DNA of 63,698 nucleotides, filler included, from Choristocarpus tenellus KU-1152 (Eukaryota > Protista > Phaeophyceae), in assembly GCA_964200185.2 (NCBI GenBank). It is 7 parts of 7 records of this genome, joined end to end, with 100 filler letters (N's around TTAATTAATTAA, not from the genome) between each part and the next. Parts side by side here need not be neighbours in the genome. Positions count along the whole stretch, not along the records: positions 60,853 to 63,698 come from CAXNAD020024245.1; 6 more parts are not named here. One strand, 5' to 3'. The notes under the pieces are model-generated. The model saw nothing but the letters and a program-made list of their open reading frames with translations, was not told where the DNA came from and made no database searches. Below, piece by piece: positions 60,874 to 63,698 of this stretch. Position numbers and translations under genes: made by a program. Positions within the stretch are counted from its first letter, which is position 1. Every line of letters starts with the position of its first letter.

Positions 60874-63000
60874 CGTTGTGTGGAGTGTGCCTACATGTGT
60901 GACGATTGTCTGCCCGGGAGGAACCTTATGACCTTTGCAGTAGCGCCCCTCTTCCTCTGGTGTCGGATCCCTCAAGTTGTACTGAGTTTTGGTTGCCTTG
61001 ATAGTATCCACTAGAGATGAGGTTCCCAGCATGCGCACTCCGTGTAGTTCCAGTCTCCTGGCGGCAGACTTCACCACAGCCCCGACTCCATTGGACAAGG
61101 ACTTGCTGTGACATGAGGCAAAGAAGTTGTGTACCACGGAAATTCCCATCCGCACTAAAGACTGTGAAACCCACCACATCTGCCATCTGTTCTTGAATTG
61201 GCTCCCGCAACCATCAGACCAGATGTGAGGACCTCTAGAGTCTGTCCGTATTCACTGGCTAGAGGTATTAGGCGGTCCTTCACAAGCATCTCCACGGCAT
61301 TCTGGACGAGCTCGTTGTCCTGGCTTCGGTCTTCACTGCACACCGTCATGCTGTGAGCCAACCCCTTCCATTCCCGAGATTCCCTCTTCTCTGAAATCCG
61401 TCAACCACCAGACAATGGTCAGAAGCGCCGTAAGGAATAGGTTGAAGAACTCTGGTTGTGTCAAGTCCTGGTGGTTGTGTTGCAGGTGGGCGCTGAAGTC
61501 CATGGACATGGCGGCATGTCCTTTGGGGAGGTGGGCTTCGCAGTGCTTGTATTGTTGCGCCTGCCAAATGATGGTGTTGTGATGAAGGAAGAAGCTTTTC
61601 TCAAAGTTTGCAAATATGACCTTTAGGGGTGTGGGGAATCCCTCTGTCCTTGGGAATAGCACCTACATGGAACGGGTGAGGTGGTCGCGTATCGGGAGTT
61701 GTTGCTAGTGGTCGTAGGTCGTGGTGATTCGGGCTGAGTTCTCTGGTGTAACCGATTATGTACGGTGCTGTAGGAGGGAGTATCTGCTAGTTGTTTGACC
61801 AATACGCCGCGTGTGAGACACATGCAATGTACAGCGTAACTATTATTGGAATGAAAATGTCGCTCTCATCTTTCGCCTCCGGCTGTGTTTGTCCGTGGGC
61901 CCAGTGGCGTCTTCATCATCGTTATCCTCGGTCCTGTTCCTCCTGAGGTCGGGGGCGGACTCTCCAACCATGCACTTAGCGATAATCAAATCGTCCGTCA
62001 TGAGATTGTCCGTCCTCAGCTCCGCATATTTTTCGGTGCTCAACTTGATCATGTCGTCTTTGGTGGTCCTGCTTGGGGTGGCGATGCCAAGTCTAGACGA
62101 CAGCGCCTGTGTGGCAGTGTAGGCGGGTATATATATATATATATAGCTTTATTGCAGCATGGGTGTGGTCTGGATGTTTACACCGGGGTCTGGTCGACAC
62201 ATAGCGCAGGTTACTGCGTCGGTCCTGTACCTCACCGTAAGGGTGGAACCGGACAGGTTCGTCTTCAAAACTTAATAGTTGGTGAGTGTTTGGATAAGGC
62301 CCACCTTAAATTCCTGGCAAGTCTTTTGTTGCAGATCCGCCTCCACCACCGGGGTGTGCACGTGGGCGAACTCGTTCCATGTGACACAGGTGCTGTGAGA
62401 GTCTAACATACAAGGGCACTTCCACATGGGATGAGATATCCAGTTGCACAGGTAACATGTACTGCCGACACAGGAATTTTTGAAACCGCCCAAGGAACCG
62501 CCAGAGGACGGTTCGCTGAGGTGTTCCAGCACGGTCCTGTCGCATCTGTTTTGTTTTGATCAGTCCATGAGCGGTTTTTGTTGTCAGTATGGATGTTTGA
62601 GTAGCGGATATAACGTCACTCGTGGAGTCTAGCTGTGACTGCAGTTTATATGTAGAGTACGTAGTGAAATGGTTTGGGGGTGTGTATGTTGGTGGATGTA
62701 TCTTTAGTGGTCTCATTATTTTGGATACCGTTACAACTCGTCATGATAACACATTCGCCACGTCAAGGATGTGATTTGGAAGACAAAGTTACAAGAGGAA
62801 GGCCATTAGATGAGCACCACTTTTGAGTGCGGTCTCCACTTCTTTAGACCCGCATCCTTTGCCTTTGTCGCAAAATTCGCATGTGCATGCGCAAGCGCGT
62901 TGTCCATCATCGCTAAAGCTCATTCTCGCATGTACTTTCTTCCAGTTCTCTCTTAGGCACTAAACCTGGAGGTCGCTGGCCATATGGTGGATGTAAACGC
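60874..63000 (-). mobile_element. Decayed Sola (Sola2-like) DDD transposase gene
   Basis: Frameshifted motifs MSMDFSAHLQHNHQDLTQPEFF, CSEDRSQDN, WSDGCGSQFKNRW and FFASCHSKSLSNGVGAVVK correspond to DFxEN..Q..Q / SD..HD / SDG...QFKN / HGK..DGxG..VK. Cys-rich segments lie upstream (62300-62480; RP..V...MCYH at ~62740-62840). Confidence 0.62.
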
Positions 63001-63127
63001 ATGATCTGTGTTGCATGGGAGAGTGGAGGGAGGAATGTGGTTGGTGGGTTATCCTCCCTTGTGTGTGGACACTGGTGATGCAGTACGTGGCTGGCTATCC
63101 TGTGGTGGTTAGAGCCAAAGTATCTTA

Positions 63128-63355
63128 GAGGGTAGAGTCACGTCCATTTGGGGACCAAAGTCGAATGTTGCGATTATGATATAATTTTGGCTATTGCTTT
63201 TGTTAGGAAGTGTCAATATCCATGTTCCTGACACAATGTTTCCTAACACAAACACTTTACCTGCTCCTAAACATTTTGGAGTAGCAAAATGTCACTAAAG
63301 AACTCATGAGAAGCCAAGCCCCAAATGGACAAACGGGGGCAAAACTCATACCCTC
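63128..63355 (+). mobile_element. MITE, 228 bp, same family as 29842-30066
   Basis: TA-GAGGGTAGAGT...GTCCATTTGGGG ... CCCCAAATGGAC...ACTCATACCCTC-TA. Shares the internal motifs TGTCAATATCC and AACTC.TG.GAAG.CAAGCC.CAAA.GGACAAAC with the other copy. Another GAGGGTAGAG start occurs at ~63673. Confidence 0.8.
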
Positions 63356-63698
63356 TAAGATACTTTCACTCGTTAGGAAACGTAGAGTTGCCCAATCGCC
63401 ACTGTAGCGTGTACCCAATAAAACGAGAGACTATTTCCGCACATACCTTGGCGTGGCCTTTGAAATGTAGAACGGTCTCCACTTCACGAATGTTGACAGA
63501 CAGGGTATTGGTCCTGAGGTTCCTTCCTGTTCGAAACTCTCTTTGAAGTTGGCATAGACATCCTCATCTGTCCCAATCTGTGACCTGTTGTGACGTCGGT
63601 TGCACCATGTGTACGTAGTGTAATGTCACAGGTTTGTTTGAGGGTGAACATGTTAGAGACAACGTATCCTAGAGGGTAGAGACCCAATGTATCTGGGG

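Overview
Eukaryotic nuclear DNA. It is intron-rich with GT-AG introns and is most likely a photosynthetic stramenopile or brown alga (inferred from a plastid-type bipartite presequence, the PPR style and the gene content). The window is an artificial concatenation of 7 contigs joined by 100-bp N44-TTAATTAATTAA-N44 linkers, so adjacency across linkers has no biological meaning. Genes reconstructed by hand from splice sites and reading phase: a secreted CAP/PR-1 protein fused to a GDPH-initiated root-cap-like domain, a Gbp2/hnRNP-M-like RRM protein, two hypothetical proteins, an eIF2-alpha-kinase-like pseudokinase, a large WD40 protein, the 3' part of a kinesin-3-like gene, a polyamine/APC transporter lying head-to-head with a probable plastid PPR gene, and one RadA/Sms exon. 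Mobile or decayed DNA: an internally deleted pogo element, Ty3/Gypsy relics, a ~225-bp MITE family, a Sola-like transposase relic and a BIN4-like pseudogene fragment. The most notable signals are (1) the CAP-GDPH fusion, possibly self-cleaving, (2) the catalytically dead eIF2-alpha kinase, (3) CpG-island-like 5' ends against CpG-depleted gene bodies, and (4) about 20 short interstitial TTAGGG tracts, one forming an inverted junction and one sitting at an intron branch-point position. No database searches were run. Family calls come from motifs recognised by eye, and counts are approximate.
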